NCBI GenBank assembly: GCA_012295275.1
Contig: CM022675.1
Location: 744,001-808,000 of the forward strand
Length of the DNA stretch: 64,000 nt
Direction: 5' to 3'
DNA from: Chrysomallon squamiferum
Lineage: Eukaryota > Animalia > Mollusca
Below the pieces are notes generated by a model, which searched no databases, was not told where the DNA came from, and worked only from the letters and a program-made list of their open reading frames with translations. Below, piece by piece: positions 40,099 through 55,069 of this stretch. Numbering within the stretch: the stretch's first letter is position 1; every line of letters starts with the position of its first letter. The translations under genes and the position numbers were made by a program.

Positions 40099-41419
40099 AA
40101 ATAAAATAAGGGATAAATCATCCAAGCAGTGGTGGACATTATCTGTTAGTGTATGATCTATACACATTTCTTATTTTTAGTGTATGATCTATACGCATTT
40201 CTTATTTCTTTGGAATATCTTCAATAAAACCTCTCTGCTTTTCAGTCTTTCACATTTCAGTAAGAAAAATGTCTACCATCAAAGCAGTTTATCTGAGAAA
40301 ATTATGGTCTTCTCAATGTAGAGATAATATAACAAATCTCCATGAATTATGCAGTAGGCCCAGGGCTTCCCTATTTTGTTCTTTAATAATTTCTTTACTG
40401 TCATTTATTGCTGCTTCAGAGATAGAAAGACAGAAAATAGAGTGGGTAGGAGAGATAAAGAGAAATGGTAGTAGTCGAGTGAGATAGAGAGATAGAATGA
40501 GAGGGTGAACACAAGTGAGAGAGGAAGAGACTGAAAGAAACAAGAAAGGGTAAAAATGAAAGAGAGAGAGAGAGAAGAATAAGAGAAAGTGATAGTAAGA
40601 GAGACAGATAAAGAGAGAAAGGCAGAAAAAGAGAAAGAGAGACAGAAAGTTTCAGAGAGAGAGATACAGAAAGAGAGTGAGAGAGAGTAAAAGACAGAGA
40701 GAAAGTGACAGAGAAAGAAAAAAGGAGGAGAGAGATTAAAGGAAAGACAGTCTGTCACTCTGTAAAATCATTACCCATGTTCTCTGTCACTCATTCCCTG
40801 CTTTATTTAAACTACTTCTTGTCCATGAAAAGCCTGCTTGAGTATTTAATGGATACAGCAGTGATGGACTATGTTGCTGTAATTTGGGGTTAGCAAACTG
40901 GACATGGTCAGTAAAGGTCAGACAGAAAGGTCATGGGAATGAACCAAAGACAGTGATCAAAATACAGAAAGTGTAATTATAAAAAGTAGATTGAGAAAAA
41001 TTTATTTATTCTTCTTTCACTCTGTCCCTTAATCTCTCTCTCTCTCTCTCTCTCTCATATTAACTACAAAGTGTTTATAGTCTAGACACTGTGGTAAGTT
41101 TTAAAATTCTCTGTTAAAGAGGTTGTCTAATTGACTCTGATTTTTAAACACCAGTTAAGTTGTTAAAATGTTATTTTTAGCTGAACTAACAAATAAAAGC
41201 ATCACCTTAAAGCCACTAAGTGGCAGAAATTACACAAATGTAAAAATAAATAATTTAAAAAAATGTGTAATGATTGTGGGAATTTCATTTTCTCTTTGTC
41301 TTTCTCTATTTCCCACTTTTTCTGTCTTAATAAAATAAAAAATAATGGCAGTACTAGTACTACTACTACTACTACTACTGCTACTACTACTATTACTAAT
41401 AATGAAATAATAATAATAA

Positions 41420-41450
<31 letters not shown>

Positions 41451-42129
41451 AAGAAGAAGAAGAAGAAGAAGAAGAAGAAGAAGAAGAAGAAACAGAAGAA
41501 GAAGAATAGGAACAAGAATAAAAAAAATAAAATAACCATAATAACAATAAATAAAAAGAAAGATAAACTCACAAACAATCAGAGTGTCTAGCAAAGTTCT
41601 CAATACAGCAATAATTTCATTCACCCAGTCCCAGAGTTCCAACAGTAACCACTCCAAGTCTTTATTAAATTAGCCAGCTCTTTGCCTCTGGTCTCACTCC
41701 ACTGTTTGGCTATCATAATGTACACACCTCTGATAACACTCTCCATTCATTCAGTCTGACAAGAATAAAATGGATAGATTTTCAAGTGCCTCAGATTGAT
41801 GTTCAAGAACGTAAATAAAGAGAATCTAACGAGAATTAATCAGGCCATGGTGATTTAAGAAACTGCTTCCCATGACAAAAACTGACAAGACGTCTGTCTG
41901 CCCTTTTCTCTGCTGTTATTTTTTTATTTTTTTTTTTGTAGGAGTTGTAGAAGGTGAGGAGGAGTCTTTGTGTTTGGTATATTTACAGGAGTTGTAGGAG
42001 GGAGAGAGAAGGGAGAAGGAGGTTTCACATCTGGAAGGAGATGTAGGACAAAAAGGAAGAGAGAGAATTCATATTCAGATGGCTTAATGTAACAAAATCT
42101 GCCAACTCAACTACTCCTCTGTTATTTGT

Positions 42130-43020
42130 GTAGGAGTTGAAGGAGGACAAGAGAAGAAAAATTAACATGTTATAAGAGTTGAAGGAGGGTAAGAAGGAGA
42201 ATAGAAAATCAACATGTTATAAGAGTTGAAAGAGTGTAAGGAGGAGAATAGAAAACTAACATGTTATAAGAGTTGTAGGAGGGTAAGAAGAATAGCAAAA
42301 TTAACATGTTATAAGAGTTGTAGGAGGTAAGGAGGAGAATAGAAAATTAACGTTATAAGAGTTATAGGAGGGTAAGAAGGAGAATAGAAAATCAACATGT
42401 TATAAGAGTTGAAGGAGGGTAAGGTGGAGAATAGAAAATCAACATGTTATAAGAGTTGTAGGAGGGTAAGAAGGAGAATAGAAAATTAACATGTTATAAG
42501 AGTTGTAGGAGGGTAAGAAGGAGAATAGAAAATTAACATGTTATAAGAGTTGTAGGAGGGTAAGAAGGAGAATAAAAAATTAACATGTTATAAGAGTTGT
42601 AGGAGGGTAAGGAGGAGAATAGAAAATTAACATGTTATAAGAGTTGTAGGAGGGTAAGAAGGAGAATAGAAAATTAACATGTTGTAAGAGTTGTAGGAGG
42701 GTAAGAAGGAGAATAGAAAATTAACATGTTGTAAGAGTTGTAGGAGGGTAAGAAGGAGAATAGAAAATTAACATGTTATAAGAGTTGTAGGAGGGTAAGA
42801 AGGAGAATAGAAAATTAACAAGGAGGGTAAGAAGGAGAATAGAAAATTAATGTTATAAGAGTTGTAGGAGGGTAAGAAGGAGAATAAAAAATTAACATGT
42901 TATAAGAGTTGTAGGAGGGTAAGAAGGAGAATAGAAAATTAATGTTATAAGAGTTGAAGGAGGGTAAGGAGAATAGAAAATTAACGTTATTAGAGTTGAA
43001 GGAGGGTAAGAAGGAGAACC
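42130..43020. repeat. Minisatellite, 47 bp unit (CATGTTATAAGAGTTGTAGGAGGGTAAGAAGGAGAATAGAAAATTAA)
   Basis: About 18 tandem copies. Confidence 0.95.
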
Positions 43021-44208
43021 CCCCCATAAACAACAGATGTTTGTAAATTTATTTTAATAGCTGTGAAAATATCCATGTAAAGACTGAAGACTATTTTTCC
43101 TAACACAACATGAAACTCTTGTCTGCAGTTTATTACAGGTTACACTTAACAAAACCAACTTACACATTACCTTGATCTCTACCTTATACAATTACCTTTA
43201 TTTATTTATTAATATTAATAATGTATTTACTGTTTTTGTTGTTGTTATTCTATTATTATTATTATTATTATTAACCTTATTATTATTATTTACTACTATT
43301 ATGATTATTGTTATTGTTGTTGCCATAATAAACAATTATTTCTACCTGGATTAATGTATATATTTTCTTAATTAACACATGTATTTGTAATATATATTTT
43401 TTTATTTTACCTCATTTAATACCTATCTTACATCCTTTAATTACAATTCACCTATCTGACACACAAATTAATCTGCATTCCAAATAATCTTTGTTCGTTA
43501 CCAGACTTTAATTATCATGAAATCGAGAGAACCTATGAACAACTGACCAATTAGTGGACACATCTTTTATAATGTCCAGTTCTCCTGCGATATAATGACC
43601 AGTATGTTACAGTAGACTGTTCATTATTTTTCTATTATTGTTACAGGTGAAATAATCAGCAACATGATCTGACTAATAAGCTAATATAGACATGTGTACA
43701 GACATTTTCATGTTTATATTGTCATGGATATCAAAAATAATAAGTTATGTATATATACAAGTTATTAGTATTAGGTATAATGTAAAATGTTTAATGACAG
43801 TGTTCAGAATTTTTATAGAATTTTTATTATTTTCTACAATGGAAAAGCATTCCATATTGCATTTATTTATTTTTGTTTGTTTGTCTTTATTTTGATGTTT
43901 GTTTCCTTATATACTGATTTTAATTTCTTTCTTCCTTTCTTTCTTTACTTAATTTTTTTTTTTATTACTTTATTTTAATGATGTCATATTGTAAAGCATT
44001 CTTCAGACAGACAAAAAAAAAAAAGAACATTCATATGCACTTCCTATATACAGCAAAGCATATACCAAAATCTTTGAAGCATGAGCATGAATAAACTCAG
44101 TGGTTGGAATGGGAAATAATACCTTACTGGAGCAGTAAAAATAATTGATTATGGAATCTAACATCTTGGAGAAAGCATTAAGACCCTATGTCATTGAATC
44201 TCACCCAC

Positions 44209-44256
<48 letters not shown>

Positions 44257-45314
44257 TATTATTTTTTTTTTTTTTTTTTTTTTTTGAAGCTGTTCAATTT
44301 TGAAAATCCATACTGAATTTATTATTATTTGTTTGTAGCACAAAATAAATGGAAATAACATGTTTGACTGCAAATTGGCAAAATTATTTCTGGAAGTTTT
44401 GCTAAATAAATTCAGATAAATGCCTATACTTATATTCTGAAGAATTTTTCGAAGAAATTTATCAGTGACATATTCCCAGACAGACATCAGTTGTCTCTGC
44501 TAGCTAATTTCATGCTGAATTTAAAACAGATCAAAAAGGAAATCATTTGGAAGTAAAATTACTAACTTTTTAAGTCAAATTTGAAAATCCACTCAAGTTT
44601 ACAAGATGATAGCAGAAAACTTAGATCAGATATGAAAGGGTTTTTTTATTTATTTATTTGAATATTTATTTATTGATTGTTGCTTTAAAAAAACCAAATG
44701 TATTTATTATTTAATTTTTAATTTATTTGATTTAATATTTAACTGGTTTATTATCTATTTTACATTACATACTTATATATTTGTTTGTTTTTATTTAATA
44801 TTTGTTAATTTAATATTTAGCTATTTATCTTTTATTTTATAACATTTTATTTATTATTTATTTGAATTTTTATATATTTATTTATTTATTCATTCATTCA
44901 CTCACTTAATCATTTATTTATTTACTTATTTATTTAGTAATTTACTTACTTCTATTGTTAATGCAAACTAATCTATATCTACAAAGAAGATGAAACACAA
45001 AACAATAACACTACATTAGATACTTTCATTACCCTGTTAATACTGAAAAAAAAGCCATAAATGTTTCTGTACATCTGAGCAAATTAAAACATCAGTGCAA
45101 AGTGTCTAAACAGATACAAAATACTGACTAAAACTTCTGATATGTGGCCAGGAGCTGAAGTTGAAAAGTGTAAATCAGTAGTTTATGTTTCAGTTTGTTG
45201 TATGATGAATACAAGTCAATAACAGCAAGAACATTCTAGTGCAGAAGTGTTGTTGTTTTTCTCTCTCAAGTCACTTTACTAACGTGAAACTGTCATTTAA
45301 TGACTGTTAATAAA

Positions 45315-45510
45315 AAGGTATTTAATTAAATAATACTACAAAATGGGTATTTAATTAAACAATACCATAAAATGGGTATTTAATTAAACATTAATCTGAA
45401 ATTGTATTTAATTAAACAATACTATAAAATGGATATTTAATTAAACATCAATCTGAAATGGTATTTAATTAAACAATGCTATAAAATGGTATTTAATTAA
45501 ACAATAATAT
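45315..45510. repeat. Short ~29 bp tandem repeat with a TTTAATTAAA palindromic core
   Basis: GTATTTAATTAAA recurs about 7 times. Confidence 0.8.
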
Positions 45511-45669
45511 GTAATTTAAATTTCTCCAATCACTGTTTTGTCACACTTCTGTTTAACTCTATCTTGGGCCCTGTTTCTTTTTTTTCTGGGAGTAACTAAG
45601 CCATTCTGTAATCTCAATGATTATTTTCTTTTAACATGAGTATAAAACCTCCCTCGTTTGAACCTATCT

Positions 45670-45955
45670 ATCCATTCCTAGAACTGTTATTTGAGTCAGA
45701 ACACCATTCTTTTTTAGAACTGTTATTTGAGTCAGAACACCATTCTTTTTTAAAACTGTTATTTGAGTCAGAACACCATTCTTTTTTAAAACTGTTATTT
45801 GAGTCAGAACACCATTCTTTTTTAAAACTGTTATTTGAATCTGAACACCAGTTTTTTTTAAAACTATTATTTGAGTCAGAACACCATTCTTTTTTAAAAC
45901 TGTTATTTGAATCTGAACACCAGTTTTTTTTAAAACTGTTATTTGAATCTAATCA
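45670..45955. repeat. Minisatellite, 36 bp unit (AAACTGTTATTTGAGTCAGAACACCATTCTTTTTTA)
   Basis: About 8 copies; explains the 12-aa repeat ORF 45636..45959. Confidence 0.92.
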
Positions 45956-46351
45956 CTGATACTGGACTATTTAAACTAAGCATCTCTTGCCTGAACTGCT
46001 ATTTTATACATTTGATCACTGCTCTTCCTTCTTTATAAGCTATTTGTAAATGAAAATGTAAAACAAAATCAAAACTGTTTCATTTTAATTCTTTTTGTTT
46101 CCACCCTCTCCCTCTACATTTTTTTTTCTTGACACAGATCTTCAATTTTTAGTAACCCTGACCTCCCATTAACACTGACCCCTTGTTTCAGAGTGAAGAC
46201 CAATCTTTCTCTATCAGACTTTCACTCTGATGAGCAACAAAGACTGAGAGGAAACCAGTACTTGTGCATTAACTAATTAATCAGGTTGTCACAACCACAA
46301 TACTCCCCCCATCCTCCCCCAGCCACACGCGCACACACACACACACACCCA

Positions 46352-46383
<32 letters not shown>

Positions 46384-48988
46384 ACCATCAACTTTCACAG
46401 TGACATAGGTAATTCCAAATTCCTCAGGTTGAAGAAGAAGCCACCACAGTTGACCTGTTTTTGCTGAGGTTTACACGGAGGTTTGGCACAGAGAGGAATT
46501 ATCTACAGATTTATTGACCTGTTGAGAAAGGAAAGCAGAAACTAATCTAGAAAACAGAGATGATGTTGTCACTGAAACAGTCACATGACAAACACAGCTC
46601 AAAGCAAATTAACTGTAGATTTAACTGTAGATTCAGCATAATCGACATCCTGGTTTTGTATTGAGGACAAAGAGTTTATGAAAAATTACAATTCAAAATT
46701 AACCTGATTATTGGCATAATTCTGTTAACTAAGATGAATTTATGAAAAGTTATAAATTATAATTAATATAAAGCGGTTTTAATATATATATATATATATA
46801 TAATAGTAGGTTTTGACAAACAGCAAAGTTTACAATTTGTAATTAACATTAAGAATTTAATAAGTATTAATTTTGTTATGATTTCATTGACTTAAGGTAA
46901 GTATATACCTTAAGTTATTCATTAATTTATTTATATATTAAGTATATAATAGTAAGTTTTGAATAACCAGAAAAGTTTATCAATATAGTGACACGATGTT
47001 TATGACTAACATGAATTTGTGAATAATTATTAATTCATAACAAACTGCAGAATTTAATTGTACAATTTTTATTTCATTCTTTTTTTTTTTTTTTTATTAT
47101 TATTTCAGTGACTTAACATTTAAGGTAAGTATAAAATAGTAAGTTTTGATTAACCAGAAAAGTTTATCAGCATACTGGCTTCATTTTTAATATTAAGATA
47201 AACTTATGAAAACTTAAAATTTCAAATTAATCTATAGACTTCAGTAGTATTCATTTTGTTATAATTTTTGTGACTGCACCATTTGAGATAAATGTGTAAG
47301 TTTTAATTAACCATATAAATTTATCAGCACAATGAAATTTTCTAATTAATTTGTATAGCTTAACAGATTAATTCTGAAATTCTTTGATAATACATCAATA
47401 CAGATAAATTTGGTTAATTCTGTTAAGTACTTTGTTTACAGTTTAATTAACCTGTACATGGAATAATAATTCTCAAGATAAAGCTGTTTAAAATATATTC
47501 ATGATAAAATGTAATTTTCAATTAATCTAGTTAGAAAATGTGGTTTACAGCACTTTAATTTTATAAAACTTTTTTAAGTTATTGAAAACTGACCTGAATC
47601 AGTTTAATTAATTTACAATATAATTCTAATAATTAACCTACTTAAAATGTCATTTAAATATATTAACAGTAGAGAGAACATTTTAATTTACTTAATTTTG
47701 TTATCATTTCCAATTTTTTATTAAGGTATATAAAACGTAGCCAGAGTAAAACAGTAAAATGTTTTTTTTTTAAATTAAATAGAAAATAATTACAATGATT
47801 AAGCTATTTATAATGCACAGATAAATATTCGAGGCATGCAGTGATAACTAATGATTAAGCGATTAGATTTATAAATATACTAACACCATACGGAACATTT
47901 TAATTGATTTAACTGACGTCTGTAAAATATCATGAATTCAGTCTGCCATTTTCTAACTCTCCAGTATGTGTTCCTTACAACTGAGTATTGTTATCTAACA
48001 AACAATGAAAAAAAAATTAAAATTAAAAACAATACATACATACATACATAGATACATATATATATATATATAGTTACATATATATGCATGTATATATATA
48101 TATATATAATAATGATAATAATACTGATAATTATAATAATAATGATAATGATGATGATAATGATAATGATAATAAAGATAATAATGATAATGATAACGAT
48201 AATAATGATGATAATGATAATAATGATAATGATAAAGATAAAGATAATGATGATGATGATGATGATGATAATGATAATGATAATAATTACTACAGTAAAA
48301 ACAGACGGATGACACAGCAGTTTACTGGAGAGATAAAAACATGATAATGCTGCACCAAGTATTTTGTTGTAACAGAATGACCAGCAAAGTGAACAGCTAA
48401 AGTGAAACCCACAACCACTATAGAAACAGATGAAATAATAGAAACAAAAATGATCACCACAGAGTAAGATGAAGTTAATCAGATGACCGCAACGCTGGTC
48501 ACTACAGAGAATTAAACAAATGACCACTATATAGGTCACTACAGAGACATATGAAGTAAATCTAATGACCACAACACTGGTCAATTCAGAGAGGGATGAA
48601 GTAAAACAAATGACCATTACAGTGGTCGTTATTAACTAATGAAAGTTGATATTTCTATAATTTCAAGCTTCATGATTCTCTCTCTGTTCCCCTAATCATT
48701 CTAAAGACACAGAAGATGATGAGAAGCAGTTACAGAGATCAATAGAGCTGTGAGCTTTGACTGACAAAGTTTTGTTAGGCTGCAGAAGTAAGAGAAGATG
48801 TGGTAGCTGTACGCTGTTAATTGTTTAAGTCGTAATTTCACATCTGGAGTATCAAGTTCTTTACCAGCTTTTCAACTCAAGTCTGCAGTGTGTGTTTTCT
48901 ATGAAGAAATATCTGTGTTACTCTGTATTATCTTCTTATATAACAATTCAAATGATCTCTGTCTCTTGTTCTGTGTGTGTCAGTGAAG

Positions 48989-49078
<90 letters not shown>

Positions 49079-49130
49079 AAACACCAACAGAAATATATAT
49101 ATATATATTTATATTTTATATATGTGTATG

Positions 49131-49164
<34 letters not shown>

Positions 49165-49168
49165 TATA

Positions 49169-49204
<36 letters not shown>

Positions 49205-49319
49205 CATACATATACACATATACACATACATATATATATATACATATTTAAATACATATGCATGACTCACATACACACACACAAAGACATGCTAAATTTG
49301 CAATATACAATTAAACAAT

Positions 49320-49640
49320 GTATTTTATTGCAATACAGCTGTTCAGTGTGTTTGAATTTCTCTACAGGCAAGTGTTATCTTATCATATAACACAATAACT
49401 GACACAGCAATGTTTGGAATGGGAAATACTACTGTGAAAAGTCACAAGAAATATTTATATGTTTACCACATGCAGCAACAGACTACATTTCACCTCAATG
49501 AATGGGTACATGCAAAACACACTGACAGACACACAGCCAGTCATACATACACACAAATACATAAACACAGATAAAATAAATATTATCAAACTCCCATATA
49601 CACATAGGCATTCAGATACAGACACACACACAAACACACA
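49320..49640. repeat. Dispersed duplication, copy 1 (direct copy at ~61110-61430)
   Basis: CACAATAACTGACACA...ATGTTTGGAATGGGAAA.ACT.CTGTGAAAAGTCACAAGAAATATTT.ATGTTTACCA.ATGCAGCAACAGAC is shared by both loci. Confidence 0.85.
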
Positions 49641-49701
49641 CACATCTATACATAGATATAAATATATACAGACACACAGAGAAAGAGAGAGAGAGAGACA
49701 C

Positions 49702-49754
<53 letters not shown>

Positions 49755-50451
49755 AGTATTAAAACTAAAAATAAGACAGTGTTAAAAATAAGAATCAGGC
49801 AGTAATAAGAAAACAGTTATCTAAAATCTTGTAACTATCAAGTATTATTTATTGAGTGTAAACCCCCCAAAAGAAACCTTATTTTAAAAATACAACAGAT
49901 ATATGGTACTGATTATTAACCTGTCCTCAAAAGCATGAATATTTGTTAAACTAAATCAATGTTATGTTTTAAAATTTTTAAAACATTTACCTAAAAAAAA
50001 AGAAGAAAAAAGAAAATTAAAATAATTTTTTTAAAATGGTTTAAATAATAAAAAAATATATATATAAATATATAAATAAATAAATTACAACACTTAAGCC
50101 AAAAACAAAATTATCAAAATTATCTCAACTGATTTTTATATATTTTGAGGCTCACTCTATCTCATCCATATATAAAAAAAAGAAATTACATTTTTATCTC
50201 AAATTATCTCAAATATTTTAAATAAAAGCGCCAACATTTAACATAAATCTATTTTACCAAAAACTACTTCAGCTGTTTCAAACAACAACATTTAAACTAA
50301 CATTTATCACAAAAATTACCTTTCAAAACTGCATCAACCGTCTTAAACACAACAAAAAAAAATAACATTTCTCAAAAAAAAAAAAAAATACCATTAACTA
50401 TTTCAAACACTGAAAGACCATTTAATCTGAAAAGCACATTAACTACTTTAC

Positions 50452-50680
50452 CTGTAAACTGAGTTTGTCTTAAATCCAACACTGCCAGTAGCTAGCAAGG
50501 AAACAGAGCTGAGGAATCAATGAACACACATGCAATACGAGGGTTACTGGATGGGCAGGCTAGTGGCAGCTAATCGAACTAGTCTCTCTCTCTCTCTGGC
50601 AGCCAGTAGCTGCTGCCTGGGGCTGGTAACAGACAGACACACTGGAGTAGCCCTGCCCACTCTAAATGGATTATTGGCCG
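50452..50680 (-). promoter_or_regulatory. Candidate non-coding 5' exon or alternative promoter of ADAR2
   Basis: Unique GC-elevated island ending in the donor CAG|GTAAAG (50452/50451), with a CCAAT box on the - strand at 50677-50673. No transcript evidence. Confidence 0.3.
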
Positions 50681-51233
50681 ATGAAAGAAAAACAAGAGTT
50701 CTCACAGGTGCTTGCTTGCTGCAAGTCAGAGAGAGTTCCGAGAAATGTGAGAGATGGGCGGGAGGGAAATAAAAGATGGTGAGAGAAAAGAAAGGAGGGT
50801 TGGATGAGAGTGAGAAAAAAGGTGAGAGACAGGAAGGAAGAATGAAAGGACAGGTGCGAGAGAGAGGAGGATAAATGTGAATGAGAGAAAAGCATGAGAC
50901 AGTATAGACTGAGAATTGAGAAAAAGAGGAGAGAATGAGAATAGAAAAATAGGAGAATATAAAAAAAAGAGAAATGTGAGAGACAGAAGGGAAGAATGTG
51001 AATGAGAGATAGATGAAGTTTAGGAGGAAAGAATGAAAGAAAAGTCAAACCTAGGAAGGAAAAATGAGAATGAAAGAAAAGTGAGAGATAGGAGGGTAAA
51101 ACAAGAAAGAAAAAGATAAATGGATGACAATAATGTATGTTTTTAACTGAGATTTTGTATGTAAATAGATATGTAATTTAAAGAAGAAACTACATTTGTA
51201 TGTGACAGGCAAAGATAAATATATAGAGTGTGC

Positions 51234-51269
<36 letters not shown>

Positions 51270-52870
51270 GTTGTGCAGTGTAAAAATAATATTATAAATT
51301 AAAAATGAAACTTTTGACACATTAAAAATGGAATGCTGTTTAGCAGTAATAATAATTTATTTTGGAAACTTGCAACATTACTGTTTTCATTATCACATGT
51401 TCTAGCCAAACTCAGATATATTATCTTTATGTTACTTGTAAATTAACTTTATACACATTATATACAGTGACTTCCTAGTTTCAAAATATTTCTTTTATTG
51501 TTAACATTTAACTATATGTTTTATGTTATGAAACATTTATTATTTATTTATATCAACTAATTTATTTTGTAAAACGTTTTTATTATAATTATTAATTAGA
51601 TTTATTTATTTCATCAAGCTAATTTATCTTCTTTTTTTTTGTTCATTTCCTTTACTTTCTTACTTGTTTATTTGTTATTATTTTTTTTTTTTTATTCAGA
51701 TTTATTTCTTCTTTCTCGTTTCTATCTTTAATTACTTTTATTTACGTATTTATGATACAGCATTCATTTCTGAGGTCATATAAAATATCTCACAGACTCC
51801 TAAATGAGGGAAGAAAACCCAATAAAATGAAATTATAAATGAAATTAGTGTAAATTTATTTAATCTAAGAAGCAGAAGGTAATTTTCACACTGGAAGATG
51901 TTGTCTTGAAATGCGATACGTTATCTTGAACATAATAAGTTTATTGTGTTCTAGTGTGCTGTAAAACCACTGGAAACTTTTCTAGTAATATCAACTTCAC
52001 TGCAGTGTCAAGTTGTTGATGTCACTAAATTTGCATCAACACAACAAACCATTTGTTGATGCAGTAAAAATAAAAATAAAAATATTTAAAAAAATATAAT
52101 AAAAACTAAAATAGAAAATATTAAAATCCTAGCTGATTAATTTAACTGCTAAAATAAATAAAATGAATGAATTAATAAATGAATAAAATGAATGAATGAA
52201 TGAATGAATAAAATAAGTAAATGAATAAATAAATAAATAAATAATAACAAATAATAAACAAATGAAAACAAATTTAAATTAATAAATGAATGAATGAATA
52301 AATAAATAAAATAAGAAATCTAGCAAATTAGAAACTGAATTTTCCATTACTCATACTGATACAACATAAAACTATGAAACGACTACAAATGTATCGACAC
52401 ACTCATTTCAAGACACTGTATCTTTAATGATACAACTGACCACAGAAGGGATTAGTTACAGTTTCAATAACAGATTAACAGACACACAATTTAACAGCAC
52501 GTTTAAATCAGCCACAATCTCACACACTCACTGACAACACCCTGAGGTCTGGCACTGGTAATCCTGGGATTAGTGCTAATTTAGACTGGATTCAGAGATT
52601 AGAATACAGTTACTCAGCTGTCTTCTGCTGCCAGCCTCACTCTGGTCAAAGCAATCTGTCTCAAGGTTAGAAGGTTGCAGGATCAAATCCCAGAGCAAGG
52701 TCTGAATTGATTGGTTGTAAGGTCGTAAGTGTTTCATTAAACATAATTTCTGTTTGATTTGTTGTCAACATTTCCAAAGAGATTTTTCTGTAGATGAACT
52801 TTTGTCTGGAGAGACTTGTTCTCATTAAAATCAAATGATTTCTTCAAAAGTGTATAGTGTATGCACGCAT

Positions 52871-52918
<48 letters not shown>

Positions 52919-54742
52919 TCATAGATATATACAAACATAAGATAAAACATAACATATACAAACACACACATATGTACATACACACATACATTCATGTATA
53001 CAAACAAAACATTCGGAATTAAACAACTTTACAATATTGTTTCTCAGAATCATCTTTGTGTTAAATCAAACTTGAAAATCTTTATCCACACACACACACA
53101 CACAGACAGAAATACAGAAAACCACACACAACACACACAGAAAACAAATACACAGAGACACAAAGACACACACACAACAAAGACACATACACAACACAAC
53201 ACACACAATGAGACACACATACATAAAACAAGGATCAATTGGAAAGAAAGAGAGACAGAGACAGATAGATAGATAGATGTGATTTGTTTTCATCAAGCAC
53301 ACCATTATTAAGTGATTAAAACCAGTCATTAGTTCAACATTACACAACATTTGTCTTCATTTTATGGCAGGGAAACAAAAACCAAATCTAATCAGTGTGC
53401 ACTATACATAATCATGATAAGGTATAAGTGAAAGTATTAAAAAAAAAAAAAAAAAAAAAAATAAAATAAAATAAATAAATAATAAAAAAGATAAAATAAA
53501 ATTTATAAATTTATATATATGTGTGTGTGTGGGTGTGTGTTCATACATAAATACATATATATCTATACATATATACATATATTAGAATAAAAAAAATTTT
53601 TTTTAAAAAAAATTGATTCTTAAAATATAAGTTATTTATATCAATGACAGATTTAAAGAAGAAAACGAGAACAAAATGTTGATAATAAAACAACATATAA
53701 TTGTATTTACACAGATAATTTTATTTTATTTTATTTTATTTTATAAATAAATAAAGAAAGAAAATAATTCATACGTGGCAAACAATAATGAACAAAATCA
53801 TTACTGAGTCAAATTTGCAATAAATTACCCAGCATTTGAGCAATCAGCGTATTCTGTGTATTGACTTTTTAACTGACTCTATTACGTTTTGATGTTATTT
53901 TACAGGCAGATGTCAGTACTGAGATAATACCCTGTCTGATGGGATTTTCTGTGTTCCTTGATGTGACGTATTTCTGATATATGTAGATTACTGATTACAT
54001 AGTGGTTACCAGTAGTTGTTGTAGTTGCTGTTGTTATTAGAAATGTTAAATGGAAAACATTATAGCAGTAGTAGTGTTGCTCGTGTAATAGTAATAGTAG
54101 AAGTAATAGTAGTAGTAATATAATATATTAATGTAGTAGCATGGTAGCAGTAGAAGTAGTAGTAGTAGTTGTAGTTGTTGTTGTTAGAACCATTAAAGGG
54201 ACAGGATGAAGATGACTGTTAAAAAAATTAAAAGAACTATTACAAGTAATTGAAGAAAGAAGTGGAAACAAAAGAAAAAAGTGAAATAATAGTAATAGTA
54301 GTAGTAGTAGTAGTAGTAGTAGTAACAGTGATAATAGTAGTAGGGTAGTAATGTAGTAGTACTAGTAGTGGTATGGTTGGAGCAGCAATGTCACAATGTA
54401 GTAGCAGTAGTAGTACCCACCCACAGAAAAACACCCCCCACCCCCACACACAGAGAGACATACAGACAGACACACATTTTAAAATTCCTCAAGAATTTTT
54501 CTCCATAAATATTTTCTGCTCGTTCTGTGCTGTAACTTCAAACACAAGTTGACATTTTGTCTTTCTTTACATGTGTTAATCTCACTACAACATCTCATAC
54601 AATTATTCACAAACTCACAGACTCAAATGACATGAGCTCAACTGAATCAAAGAAGGCCAGAAAAAAAAAAAAAGTAAAAAAAGGTAATTTACACAATACA
54701 CCAAGGAATGAATGAATGACAGAACTAAAATGAACAGAGAGT

Positions 54743-54779
<37 letters not shown>

Positions 54780-54943
54780 AAAAAAAGTGGTTAAATGATT
54801 AAAATAAATTAAAAAAGTGAAATTACAGTAATCATTTTTATTTTTATTTGTAATTAGGATTACTGTGGAATACAAAAAGTAATGAACTACTGTGGATGAA
54901 AATAGACAATCAGTAAGTTGTGGAAAAGCAATGACAGAGATAG

Positions 54944-55002
<59 letters not shown>

Positions 55003-55026
55003 TGTATATGTGTATGTGTATGTATG

Positions 55027-55069
<43 letters not shown>

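Noticed and set aside
42130-43020. Repeated GGTAAG donor-like motif in the 47-bp satellite
   Set aside because: It is on the strand opposite to ADAR2 and has no associated exon.
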